Shown here one piece after another: positions 40,829 to 50,565 of a stretch of 64,000 nt of DNA (within the stretch, counting starts at the first letter, position 1; each line of letters opens with the position of its first letter). A model generated the notes under the pieces. It was given only the letters and a program-made list of their open reading frames with translations. It did not search any database and was not told where the DNA came from. The stretch comes from an uncultured delta proteobacterium. GTDB lineage: Bacteria; Desulfobacterota; RBG-13-43-22. Location: contig CAWBOS010000006.1 in NCBI GenBank assembly GCA_963790475.1, positions 704,001-768,000 on the forward strand. Reading direction: 5' to 3'. Made by a program: the position numbers and the translations under genes.

Positions 40829-42166
40829 TTATTCTCTACCGCCCTTTTTTTGATACCACCGGGCCAAGCGGTTGGGAGATATTCCCGCTAAGTAGCCGGC
40901 TAAGATAAATTGATTTATCAGACTGGTTCGCCAGACCCCATATCGCTGCCACCTTCGGGATGAAGCGATGACCGGAACCGGGGCGATGGCAATACTTCCC
41001 TGGCGTCTTAAGCGACGAATCAGATCCAGATCTTCCAGGATTGGAATATCAGCAAAACCATCCAGTGCTCGGAACCGGTCGGCCCGGAGAAATATCGCCT
41101 GGTCTCCATACGGCCATTGTAAGGTCCTGGCGCGCCAATTAGCCAGTTTTTCAATGAACTGCAGACCAGGCAAGGGTGGATGGAATTTGAGTTGGAAGGC
41201 CCCGGCGGAGACCCCTGGCCTGGAGAGGATAGCGGAGATATAATCGGCAAACCCATCAGGCAGGAGGGTGTCGGCATGGAGGAAAAGGAGGAATTCTCCT
41301 TTGGCCTCCCAGGCCCCGGCATTCATCTGCCGGGCCCTTCCTCTCGGGGAGTCCAAGACCCTTATTCCGGCAGAAAAGGCTGACTCCCGGCTATTATCGA
41401 TACTCCCTCCATCGACCAGGATGACTTCCATCCCCGGTGTCTTGGGGATCCGGGATAGTGTGGTAGATAACCGGGCCGCTTCGTTAAGGGTCGGAATGAT
41501 GATGGAGAGACTGGGGTTGACCGCGGTTTCCAATGGAAGTCCGGTGAATTTTTCCCAGACAGGCAGGTCCTGGGGACGATCAATATCATCAAGAGGTTCT
41601 AATAGGAACTGGTTCAGGCCCAACCTCTGGGCTGTCTCCCGGGTCCGGTTGAAGACTTCTTCTGTTCCCCAGGGAATATCGACAAAAAGCGGGAGTAGAC
41701 AGCGGTTTAATCCAATGAGGTAATATCCTCCGTCCCGAGCCGGACCAATGACCAGATCGTGGTCAACAAGGCCATCAAAGGCCTGTCGCAATATTTCCGG
41801 TGTCAGGCCCGGACAATCGGACCCGACGATAACCACCCGCTTGGCTCCCGATTGAAAGGCCTCTTGAAAGGCCCGCTCCAGGCGGAGGCCCAGATCGCCA
41901 TTGCCCTGGGAAGCAAAAAACAGATTCGATCCCAACCATTGTTTCATGAGGTCCTCGTGGCCTCCCTCATAACGGACCTCAAAAACTTCAGGACAGGCAG
42001 CGGAAAAAATCCTGAGCTGATGTGCGGTATGCTCTGTCATCTTCCGGTGCAGTTCACAGGAACCTCCTGGGCCCAGGGCCGGGATAAGGCGGGTTTTGAC
42101 CTCGCCGGCCACCGGATACCGGGTAAAAAGAATCAATCGGTCCGAATTTGCGGAAAACGGGATCAA
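40829..42166 (-). CDS. Fusion of DUF2064/TIGR04282-like and GT2 TIGR04283-like arsenosugar-associated glycosyltransferases
   Basis: N: VKTRL, QGNGDLG.RL, GSDCP, GPARDGGYYLIG, DIDRPQDL; C: IIIPTLNE, GRARQMNAG, FLHADT, YGDQ, SSRRW. Confidence 0.85.
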   Translation of the reverse strand: MIPFSANSDRLILFTRYPVAGEVKTRLIPALGPGGSCELHRKMTEHTAHQLRIFSAACPEVFEVRYEGGHEDLMKQWLGSNLFFASQGNGDLGLRLERAFQEAFQSGAKRVVIVGSDCPGLTPEILRQAFDGLVDHDLVIGPARDGGYYLIGLNRCLLPLFVDIPWGTEEVFNRTRETAQRLGLNQFLLEPLDDIDRPQDLPVWEKFTGLPLETAVNPSLSIIIPTLNEAARLSTTLSRIPKTPGMEVILVDGGSIDNSRESAFSAGIRVLDSPRGRARQMNAGAWEAKGEFLLFLHADTLLPDGFADYISAILSRPGVSAGAFQLKFHPPLPGLQFIEKLANWRARTLQWPYGDQAIFLRADRFRALDGFADIPILEDLDLIRRLRRQGSIAIAPVPVIASSRRWQRYGVWRTSLINQFILAGYLAGISPNRLARWYQKKGGRE

Positions 42167-42190
42167 GGATTTAACCGCCTTTAGCTATGA

Positions 42191-42210
42191 TGTCCTGTAC
42201 CTCAGGGACA
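42191..42210 (-). other. Candidate bacterial SECIS hairpin
   Basis: Minus strand TGTCC(C)TG-AGGTA-CAGGACA begins 12 nt after the in-frame TGA; apical loop is 20 nt from the TGA and contains GG/GT. Confidence 0.7.
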
Positions 42211-43194
42211 AATCGCCCCCGCTCAGGTGAACCCAGCTCCGGCTGTACAAGCATAACAATGGTCGGAAACGGTGATAGGCTGACCCGGGATGAGGGACCC
42301 GGTCATGTCCGAGACATGGATTTTTCGACCTCCCAGGAAAAGATTTTGGGCCAGATTGAAATCACAATCGAAAAGATAACCATCCCAGGAAACAGATACC
42401 GTGGATCGGCACATAACTCCGTCCAGGACGGACGGATTGAAGGACCTGACCAGCTTTTGTCGATAAGATTCCAAGGTGTCGGATTGAACGAGTCCCTGGA
42501 GAAACCGGCCCAGAGGGACATTGGCAAAGGTGTACAGATGATTGAAATCCACACCCCATCCCTTCTTCAGATCGGTGCGAAAACGCTTTTCAGTTTCATC
42601 CTGGAAGGAAGGAAGATCCATCCCTGCCGGATTGACAACCAGATTCAGGTCCAGATCTGATCCCTCCTGACCGTATCCCATAGCATTCAGGGATTGTAAC
42701 ACTTCGATGGATTTTCGAAAAATTCCCGGCCCCCGCTGGGCATCGGTTAGAGTGCTGTTCAAAGAGGGCAAAGAGGCGATGATGGCTACCCGATACTCTT
42801 TTAATAGGGGCATCAAGGAATCCCGGTTTCCGTCGGCTAAGGCCGTCAGATTGGAGCGGAGCATTATCCGGGGAATTGATGAAGAGATTTCTTTAATCAA
42901 AAGGGGCAGGTGGGGATTTAATTCCGGTGCTCCACCGGTGATATCCACGATCTGAAAATTCCCCCTTCGAGCAAAGGCTGCCGCCTCACGAACGGTTTCA
43001 GCGGTCATTAACTCCGAACGATTAGGGCCGGCCTCAAGATGGCAATGGCGGCAGGCCTGATTGCACAGCAGGCCCATATTGATCTGTAAGGTGGTGGTAT
43101 TGAGTCGAGTGAGACTGAGCCGATTTTGAGACAGAGTCCTGGAAAAACGGGGGATGACCTTGTTCAGATTGGTTTCAAAGATTGAACTTTCCAA
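42202..43194 (-). CDS. arsS: Arsenosugar biosynthesis radical SAM (seleno)protein ArsS; TGA at 42223-42225 read as Sec
   Basis: CNQACRHCH, DITGGAPE, VMCR..SVSWDG..DCDFN, HCYACTAGAGFT-U-AGAICP. Confidence 0.82.
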
Positions 43195-43324
43195 AAAACA
43201 CCTCTGGACCTTTTTTTAGAGTCCTATCCGGCTTAGACACCTGGGTGAGACGGCGATAATTATAGCAAGGTAAGCGCGTTGAAGCAATGAATAGTTGGAG
43301 CGGATGATTAAGAATCCGAAGGTG

Positions 43325-45994
43325 TTATAAGAACCTCCTTTTATAAAATTTTTCCAGTTCCATGATCCAGAAGAGGATAGTGGATAGGATCAGAGTTAAT
43401 GACAATTCATTGAAGGTCAAGGGCACGGTTCTAAAGACGGGATTCAGGAACGGCAAATAAACGGTGGCCATTTGGAGAACAAAGGTCAAAACAACAGCCC
43501 CTAAAAGAGGCTTATTGGTCCATAAGCCCTGACTGAAAAGGGACTCCCTTTCCGACCGTATGGCCAGCACGTTACCGAGTTGTGTCAGACAGAGCACATT
43601 GAAAACCATGGTCTGCCAGTGGCTGTTTCCGATCTTAATCTGCCAAACCTGAACAAGAAGGACGGTTACCCCCATCAAAAAACCCAGCCAGAGGGCGTGA
43701 AGGCCCAGGCCCCGAGCCAAAATACCTTCTTTGGGATGTCTTGGGGGACGCTTCATCACCTCTCCTTCTGCCGGTTCGAAAGAAAGGGCCAGGGCCGGAA
43801 GCCCGTCAGTGACCAGATTTACCCAAAGGATATGGATAGGCAACAGCGGGATGGGCAGACCCATCAAAGGCGCCAGGAAGAGGGTAAAGATTTCACCGGA
43901 ATTGGTAGTCAATAAATATTTTATGAATTTCCTTAGGTTGTCGAATATCTTCCGGCCTTCTCTGATCGCTTTGACAATGGTGGCAAAGTTATCATCCAGC
44001 AGGATCATGTGGGCGGCTTCTTTGGAGACATCGGTACCGGTGATACCCATGGCGATTCCTATGTCGGCCCTCTTCAACGCCGGGGCATCATTAACCCCGT
44101 CCCCGGTCATGGCCACGAATTGGCCTTTTTCCTGAAGGGCTTTGACAATTTTCAATTTTTGTTCCGGGGCCACCCGGGCATAGACCCGGATTTGTTCGAC
44201 CTGTTTTTCGAATTCTTCCAGAGACAACCCTTCCAGTTCCCTGCCGGTCATAACGGATTCCGAGCCGGCCTCGATGATTTCCAGTCGTTCGGCTATGGCC
44301 CGGGCGGTAACCGGATGATCCCCGGTGATCATAACCGGTATGATCCCTGCTGTCTTGCACAGGCGGATTGCTTCTCGGGCCTCATCCCGGGGTGGATCCA
44401 TCAATCCGGCCAGACCTAAAAAGGTCAATCCTGTTTCTACCGATTCAGGAGATACTTTTTCCGGAAAAGTCTTCCAGCGGCGCATGGCCACAGCGATGAT
44501 CCGTAAACCCTCGGCGCCCATTTTTTCATTGATGGCATTGATGGTGTTTTTGTTGAGGGGGCCAAGACCTTCGGTGGTCAGAATATTCTCCGATTTGTCC
44601 AGCAAAACATCCACGGCCCCTTTGGTAAAGGAGATGGTTTCCGGCCTTTGTCCCTTGACACCGGAAACCCGATGGATGGTGGTCATGCATTTTCTGTCGG
44701 CATCAAAAGGGAGTTCCCCGGTGCGGGGGAAGATTTCTTCCAAATCTTTTTTCCCGAATCCCCTTTCTGCGGCCCAATGGAATAAGGCCAACTCAGTGGA
44801 ATCACCGATCAGATTCGCACCTTGATCCGTCTGGACATCATTGTTCAAGGCCAGGGCGGACAGAAAAGCCGAGGCCGGTAGAAAGCCCTCCTTCAACCAA
44901 TCATGCTTAAAAGGTTGGCCCTCAGGACTCCTAACTCCGAACTCCTTGCCCCGAACTGTTTGCCCGTCCACATACATCTCTTCGACAGTCATCTTATTCA
45001 GCGTCAAAGTCCCGGTTTTATCCGAACAGATGTAGGTCACCGATCCCAGGGTTTCCACAGCCGGAAGTTTTCGGATCAAGGCGTTTTCTTTCACCAGCTT
45101 TTTTGCCCCCAGGGCCAATGATATGGTGACTACTGCCGGGAGTGCTTCCGGAATAGCGGCCACGGCCAAAGAAATGGCCGTAAGTAACATCAGAAGCAGG
45201 GGCTCATTTCTTAGCAATCCAATGGAAAAAATAATGGCGCAAATGGCCAGGGCGGCCAGGGCCAGATTTTTACCTAAAACGGTCAGCCTTTTCTGTAGGG
45301 GGGTCTTGACCTCTTCTTCATCCCGGATCAAAGTGGCGATCCGGCCCAATTCGGTTTCCATGCCGGTGAATACGGCGATCCCGTTACCCCGGCCATGGGT
45401 GACAAAGGTTCCCTTAAAAACCATATTTTTTCTATCACCCAGGGGTAAAGATGGATCTTCAAGGGACTGGGGGTGCTTTTCCACCGGGACCGACTCCCCG
45501 GTCAGGGCCGCCTCTTCAACTTTTAATTGAAACCCTTCGATCAACCTCATGTCGGCCGGCACTACATTCCCGGCATCGAGGAGGATGATATCCCCGGGAA
45601 CAATCCGGGCGGCCGGTATTTGGGTCGCCTGATGATCTCTCAGGACGACTGCATGAGTGGCGGCCATTTTCTTAAGGGCGGCCATGGCTTTTTCAGCCCG
45701 GAATTCCTGGGTAAAGCCGATGACCGCATTGAGGACAACGATGACCATGATGGCTAGGGTATCGGACGGTTCGCCGATGATGCCGGAGATGAGGGCGGCG
45801 GCTATCAGGACCAGGATCATGAAATCCTTAAATTGATCCAGGAAAATCATGAACCCGGTTTTTTTCTTTTTCTCTTTCAATTCATTGGGACCATATTGGT
45901 CAAGACGCTTTTGAGCCTCTGCCGAATCCAGACCCTGAAGGGATGAACTCAGATCCCCGATGACCGTGCTAATTTCCTTTTGATGCCATTCCAT
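43325..45994 (-). CDS. P-type cation-translocating ATPase (P2A, Ca2+/Mn2+ type)
   Basis: TGES, IPEAL, DKTGTLT, KGA, TGDH, TGDGVNDAPAL, NLVTD. Confidence 0.94.
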   Translation of the reverse strand: MEWHQKEISTVIGDLSSSLQGLDSAEAQKRLDQYGPNELKEKKKKTGFMIFLDQFKDFMILVLIAAALISGIIGEPSDTLAIMVIVVLNAVIGFTQEFRAEKAMAALKKMAATHAVVLRDHQATQIPAARIVPGDIILLDAGNVVPADMRLIEGFQLKVEEAALTGESVPVEKHPQSLEDPSLPLGDRKNMVFKGTFVTHGRGNGIAVFTGMETELGRIATLIRDEEEVKTPLQKRLTVLGKNLALAALAICAIIFSIGLLRNEPLLLMLLTAISLAVAAIPEALPAVVTISLALGAKKLVKENALIRKLPAVETLGSVTYICSDKTGTLTLNKMTVEEMYVDGQTVRGKEFGVRSPEGQPFKHDWLKEGFLPASAFLSALALNNDVQTDQGANLIGDSTELALFHWAAERGFGKKDLEEIFPRTGELPFDADRKCMTTIHRVSGVKGQRPETISFTKGAVDVLLDKSENILTTEGLGPLNKNTINAINEKMGAEGLRIIAVAMRRWKTFPEKVSPESVETGLTFLGLAGLMDPPRDEAREAIRLCKTAGIIPVMITGDHPVTARAIAERLEIIEAGSESVMTGRELEGLSLEEFEKQVEQIRVYARVAPEQKLKIVKALQEKGQFVAMTGDGVNDAPALKRADIGIAMGITGTDVSKEAAHMILLDDNFATIVKAIREGRKIFDNLRKFIKYLLTTNSGEIFTLFLAPLMGLPIPLLPIHILWVNLVTDGLPALALSFEPAEGEVMKRPPRHPKEGILARGLGLHALWLGFLMGVTVLLVQVWQIKIGNSHWQTMVFNVLCLTQLGNVLAIRSERESLFSQGLWTNKPLLGAVVLTFVLQMATVYLPFLNPVFRTVPLTFNELSLTLILSTILFWIMELEKFYKRRFL

Positions 45995-46063
45995 TCTTAC
46001 TCTCGGATCAATCGAATAATTCCGCTAAAGAGGATACCCCATTGATGTCGTCCATAGGATAAT

Positions 46064-46300
46064 TCATTTTCGGGTCTCCTTACCTTTGCGCAGGGTTGAA
46101 AGTTTGCTCTTAACCTTATTGATCAGGTTTCTTGCCCAGACAAATTCAGTGGCCAGAATGGCCAAGGCCAACGGGATAACCAGTAAGGCCGGACCGGGCA
46201 GAACAACCATCACCAGACCGATGGCCAAGACCGTGAAACCGATGACCGCTATAACCACCCTTCTGACCTGCCTGAGGCCCTTAGAATAATAAGCAGTCAA
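46064..46300 (-). CDS. PGPGW-family small membrane protein (start uncertain)
   Basis: VLPGPALLVIPLALAILATEFVWA. Confidence 0.75.
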   Translation of the reverse strand: MTAYYSKGLRQVRRVVIAVIGFTVLAIGLVMVVLPGPALLVIPLALAILATEFVWARNLINKVKSKLSTLRKGKETRK

Positions 46301-46339
46301 GTCTTTCTCCCCTCGTCATCCCCCAGGTCTGTTTTCACC

Positions 46340-46383
46340 AAAAAAAAACCTTTACCTCGATGTTATTTCATCGCGATAAAGGT
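46340..46383 (-). terminator. Riboswitch-coupled intrinsic terminator
   Basis: ACCTTTATCGCGATG-AAATAA-CATCGAGGTAAAGGT-TTTTTTTT overlapping the aptamer 3' strand. Confidence 0.85.
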
Positions 46384-46472
46384 CTGGCCAATCAGGATCT
46401 CCCCAACCAACGGCACCGGCCTGCTTGAAACAGACGTCTTGACGATTACCGCTGTTAAAGCTACTCCCCTTT
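46378..46472 (-). ncRNA. yybP-ykoY (Mn2+) riboswitch aptamer
   Basis: AAAGGGGAGTAGC ... CGTCAAGAC ... GGCCAGACCTTT; TTGACA promoter element at 46507-46512. Confidence 0.88.
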
Positions 46473-46666
46473 AATTAAAGTTTAATTTAATAGCGTTATC
46501 GAATTCTGTCAAGAGGAATCCAATGGCGTTTCTTTCAAGACCGTCAGGAGTAGACCCCTGAATCGATTCATTGGAGTTCTACACAAATCCCGATGACCTT
46601 ACCGCTAACGGAGGTCTTGTTCTCCCTGTTAATATCCCTGGCTTTCAGTGAGTTCGGTTAATGCCT

Positions 46667-48736
46667 CTAACCGGAAGTTTTCGGGTGCAGGCCGTTTCGG
46701 CCCGATGGAGAAACGGTTTCTTTTTTAAAGGTCAGTAAAATATCTCCGGTTTCTACAGCCTGGCCTGGCTGAACCAAAACCTTTTCCACCTCTCGGTCAC
46801 CGGGAGAGGCCACATAACTTTCCATTTTCATGGATTCGATACTCACCAGGTCTTGTCCGCGATAAACCCGGTCTTCGGGTTTGACCAAAACCGAGACCAC
46901 CAGCCCGGGCATAGGGCAAAGCAGTTCATTCTGGGCCGAGGCCGCTTTGGGCTTGGGCATGTATTGAGATAAAGCCCATTCCCGGGGGGTATAGATTTCA
47001 AAGGTTCGGGTTAACCCGCAATAGGCGACCCCGATAAAGTTGCCCTCATATTGAAGAGCAAACATGGGGGCCAGATGGTCGATCTTCAGTCTCAACCGAC
47101 GGCGGAAAAATTCAAATACCGGCGTTTTGACCTGATACTTGGACCCGTTGACCCAGACCGCCCATTCCCGGGGACCTCCCTTCTTGAGTACGCGTACTTC
47201 AAAACGATCGTCTTCCGCTTTGACCGTATACTCTACCCATTCGGAAAGCAGGTGGGTCAGCCCTACATGGGTGGCCATAGGTTTCAAAGATTCACGGACT
47301 AAGTTGTTGCGATTGTGATAAACCAAGGTGGCGGCAATCACCATAAAATGCAGGACCTCAACCGGCCAGGGGCATTTCCTGCGGCCTTCCTCAAAGTGCT
47401 CGGCGATGAAGTCAGTGGATAATTCTCCGGCGGAATAGGACGGATGGGTCAACACGGCATTAACAAAATTCAGATTGGTGGTCACCCCTTCCAGGTGATA
47501 GCCGTTCAAGGCCTGGACCAAAGTTTCCCGGGCCTCCTCCCGGGTTTCCCCCCAGGCCGATACTTTGGCCAAGAGCGAATCATAATAGACACTGATCAGA
47601 CTGCCGGCCTCGATCCCGCTGTCCAAACGGATGTTTTTCCCCTTGGGAACCGCTGAACGGGTGATCATACCCGTGGCCGGGAGGAACCCTCTGGAAGGAT
47701 CCTCGGCACAAATTCGGGCCTCCATGGCCCAGCCTTTGAATGCTACTTCGTTTTGTTGGAAAGGAAGGGATTGACCGGCGGCGATCCGGAGTTGAAGTTC
47801 CACTAAATCCAGACCGGTGACCCATTCCGTCACCGGATGTTCCACTTGAAGCCGGGTGTTCATCTCTAAAAAATAAAAGTCCCCTTGCTGGTCCAGCAAA
47901 AATTCTACGGTGCCGGCATTGACATAACCGGCTACCTGAGCGAGGCTACAGGCCAATTTCCCGATCCCCCTTCGTTGGGACTCGGACAAAGCCGGGGATG
48001 GGGTTTCCTCAATGATTTTTTGATATCGTCGCTGAACGGAACATTCCCTTTCCCCCAGATGAATCACCCGGCCGAAAGAGTCGGCCAGAATCTGAACTTC
48101 TATGTGCCGGGGTTTTTCCAGGTAGCGCTCTAAAAAAATGTGGTCATCACCAAAGGCTTTACGAGTCTCTTCCTGACAGGTTTTCAAGGCGGTGGCCAAT
48201 TCTTCCCGGCGGCGGACGATCCGCATGCCCTTGCCGCCGCCTCCGGCCGCGGGCTTGAGTAAAAGAGGGAAACCGATGGCATCGGCCAGGTCCTCGATTT
48301 TATGATGGTCGGAAAGGGCCTGGGCCGGCCCGGGGACCACCGGCAACCCGGCTTTGACGGCCAATTTTTTAGAGGCGATTTTATCGCCCAAAAGGGCTAT
48401 GGCCGAGGCCGGAGGACCGATAAAAGTCAATCCGGCCTCCGAAACCAAGCGCGCGAATTCAGGGTTTTCGGAAAGGAAACCGTACCCGGGGTGAATGGCT
48501 TGACACTTTTCCTTTAAAGCCAGGGCAATAATTTTTTCCTTATTCAAATAGGAGTGTTCCGATCGGGCCGGGCCCAACAAAAAGGCCTGGTCGGCTTCCT
48601 GGACATGATGAGATCTGGAATCCATTTCCGAATAAACGGCCACAGTCTCGATATTCAACCGCTTGCAGGTCCGGATTACCCGTATAGCTATTTCTCCTCG
48701 ATTGGCGATGAGGATTTTGTCGAACATAAGAGACAC
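46667..48736 (-). CDS. pccA: Acyl-CoA (propionyl-CoA-type) carboxylase alpha subunit (biotin carboxylase + BCCP)
   Basis: ANRGEIA, HPGYGFLSEN, GGGGKGMR, EMNTRLQVEHPVTE, ESMKME. Confidence 0.88.
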   Translation of the reverse strand: MSLMFDKILIANRGEIAIRVIRTCKRLNIETVAVYSEMDSRSHHVQEADQAFLLGPARSEHSYLNKEKIIALALKEKCQAIHPGYGFLSENPEFARLVSEAGLTFIGPPASAIALLGDKIASKKLAVKAGLPVVPGPAQALSDHHKIEDLADAIGFPLLLKPAAGGGGKGMRIVRRREELATALKTCQEETRKAFGDDHIFLERYLEKPRHIEVQILADSFGRVIHLGERECSVQRRYQKIIEETPSPALSESQRRGIGKLACSLAQVAGYVNAGTVEFLLDQQGDFYFLEMNTRLQVEHPVTEWVTGLDLVELQLRIAAGQSLPFQQNEVAFKGWAMEARICAEDPSRGFLPATGMITRSAVPKGKNIRLDSGIEAGSLISVYYDSLLAKVSAWGETREEARETLVQALNGYHLEGVTTNLNFVNAVLTHPSYSAGELSTDFIAEHFEEGRRKCPWPVEVLHFMVIAATLVYHNRNNLVRESLKPMATHVGLTHLLSEWVEYTVKAEDDRFEVRVLKKGGPREWAVWVNGSKYQVKTPVFEFFRRRLRLKIDHLAPMFALQYEGNFIGVAYCGLTRTFEIYTPREWALSQYMPKPKAASAQNELLCPMPGLVVSVLVKPEDRVYRGQDLVSIESMKMESYVASPGDREVEKVLVQPGQAVETGDILLTFKKETVSPSGRNGLHPKTSG

Positions 48737-48737
48737 C

Positions 48738-50366
48738 TCACAAAGGGATATTGCCGTGTTTCCGTAACGGCTTGTTGATTTGCTTGCCTTCCAGAACCTG
48801 CAGTCCTCTAATCAGGCGGTGCCGGGTACTTCGGGGGAAAATGACGTCGTCAATATAACCCCTTTGGGCGGCCAGAAAGGGGTTGGCGAAGGTTTGACGG
48901 TATTCCTCGGTTTTTTGCGACAGAAGGGCTTCCGGATCAGGGGCCTTTTGAATCTCTTTTCGATAAATGACTTCGGCGGCACCTCTGGGGCCCAACACGG
49001 CGATTTCGGCCGTCGGCCAGGCATAATTGATATCGCAGCGAATATGTTTGGAATTCATCACCACGTAGGCCCCCCCATAGGCTTTGCGAACGATAACCGA
49101 AATCCGGGGGACCGTAGCTTCGACAAAGGCATACAGCAGCTTAGCGCCGTGGCGTATGATTCCACCGTGTTCCTGTTCCGGTCCGGGCATGAAACCGGGG
49201 ACATCCACCAGACAAATCAAAGGGATATTGAAGGCGTCACAAAAACGGACAAATCGAGCGGCCTTAGTCGAGGCATTGGAATCCAATACCCCGGCCAGGA
49301 CTGCCGGCTGATTGGCGATCAGACCTATCGTCTGCCCGCCCAGGCGGCCGAACCCGCAAAGGATGTTCCGGGCAAAACGGGCTTGAATTTCCATAAACTC
49401 CGCGCCATCAAGAATGCTGTGAATTAAAACCTTCATATCATAACTCTGATTGGGGTTGATGGGAACCAGGTAGTCCAGGGCCGGATCTTCGCGGTCGGCT
49501 GGGTCCCTTAGATCCAGAATAGGCGCTGTCTGCCGATTATGCGATGGAAGATAATTAATCAGGCGCCTGATTTCCCTCAGGCAAAGAATATCATTCGGAA
49601 AAACAAAATGAGCCACCCCGCTTTTCTGGTTGTGAACCGCAGCCCCACCTAGATCTTCGGAACTGATTTCCTGATGGGTCACGGTCTTAACTACGTTAGG
49701 TCCGGTGACAAACATATTGGAAGTATGTTCCACCATGAAAGTAAAGTCGGTCATGGCCGGACTATAAACCGCCCCGCCGGCACAGGGACCCATAACGCAG
49801 GAGATTTGAGGGACTACCCCGCTGGCCAGGACGTTGCGATTAAATATCTCACCATAAGCGGCCAGGGCGTCCACGCCTTCTTGAATACGCGCCCCTCCGG
49901 AATCGTTAAGTCCTATTATCGGGGCCCCTACCCGGACGGCATGATCCATGACTTTGCAGATTTTTTGGGAATGGGCCTCTCCCAATGATCCGCCGACCAT
50001 GGTAAAGTCCTGGCTGAAGACAAAAACCTCTCGACCGTCAATGGTGCCGTGACCGGTAATCACGCCATCCCCCGGATAGTTGCGCTCTTTTCCAAAAGCA
50101 CCTCCCCGACCGGTTTTCAATAGATCAAATTCTTCCATAGACCCTTCGTCCAACAGCAGATCGAGACGTTCCCGGGCGGAGAGTTTTCCTTTTTTATGCT
50201 GAATGGCTATCTGCTCTGTTCCGCCCCCCTGGATGGCTTCAATACGCATCCCCTGCAGGACACCCAGATTATTTTGGATGGGTGTGGTGTTATCTTCGGG
50301 AGGGGATGCCGGCTTTGTTTTCTTCTTGGACGATAGAGTTTTTCCCGGGATCGTTTTCCGATTCAT
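48738..50366 (-). CDS. pccB: Acyl-CoA carboxylase beta (carboxyltransferase) subunit
   Basis: DSGGARIQEG, GPCAGGAVYSPA, DVPGF, RKAYGGAY, KHGNIPL; start set at ATG 50366 after GGAG. Confidence 0.88.
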   Translation of the reverse strand: MNRKTIPGKTLSSKKKTKPASPPEDNTTPIQNNLGVLQGMRIEAIQGGGTEQIAIQHKKGKLSARERLDLLLDEGSMEEFDLLKTGRGGAFGKERNYPGDGVITGHGTIDGREVFVFSQDFTMVGGSLGEAHSQKICKVMDHAVRVGAPIIGLNDSGGARIQEGVDALAAYGEIFNRNVLASGVVPQISCVMGPCAGGAVYSPAMTDFTFMVEHTSNMFVTGPNVVKTVTHQEISSEDLGGAAVHNQKSGVAHFVFPNDILCLREIRRLINYLPSHNRQTAPILDLRDPADREDPALDYLVPINPNQSYDMKVLIHSILDGAEFMEIQARFARNILCGFGRLGGQTIGLIANQPAVLAGVLDSNASTKAARFVRFCDAFNIPLICLVDVPGFMPGPEQEHGGIIRHGAKLLYAFVEATVPRISVIVRKAYGGAYVVMNSKHIRCDINYAWPTAEIAVLGPRGAAEVIYRKEIQKAPDPEALLSQKTEEYRQTFANPFLAAQRGYIDDVIFPRSTRHRLIRGLQVLEGKQINKPLRKHGNIPL

Positions 50367-50383
50367 GCTTTCTCCATTAATAA

Positions 50384-50423
50384 TGATAAAATCGTAAAAA
50401 GTCGTCACCCCGGCGAAAGCCGG
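50384..50423 (+). repeat. Left half of an intergenic palindromic repeat (family A), truncated at the DUF1670-like cassette
   Basis: TCGTAAAAAGTCGTCACC and CGGCGAAAGCCGG are also present in the complete copy at 59093-59270. Confidence 0.8.
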
Positions 50424-50565
50424 TCCCGCCTATAATTGTGCCATATGGCATTGAATGGTAAAATGATGATCATGATTGGTAAAGGAGTTAAGTCTACCCA
50501 GGCGAAGAAATCCAAGCCACGGGTTAGACCGAAATCCGTTTTTCAACCTCAAGGGGAGGACCGGC

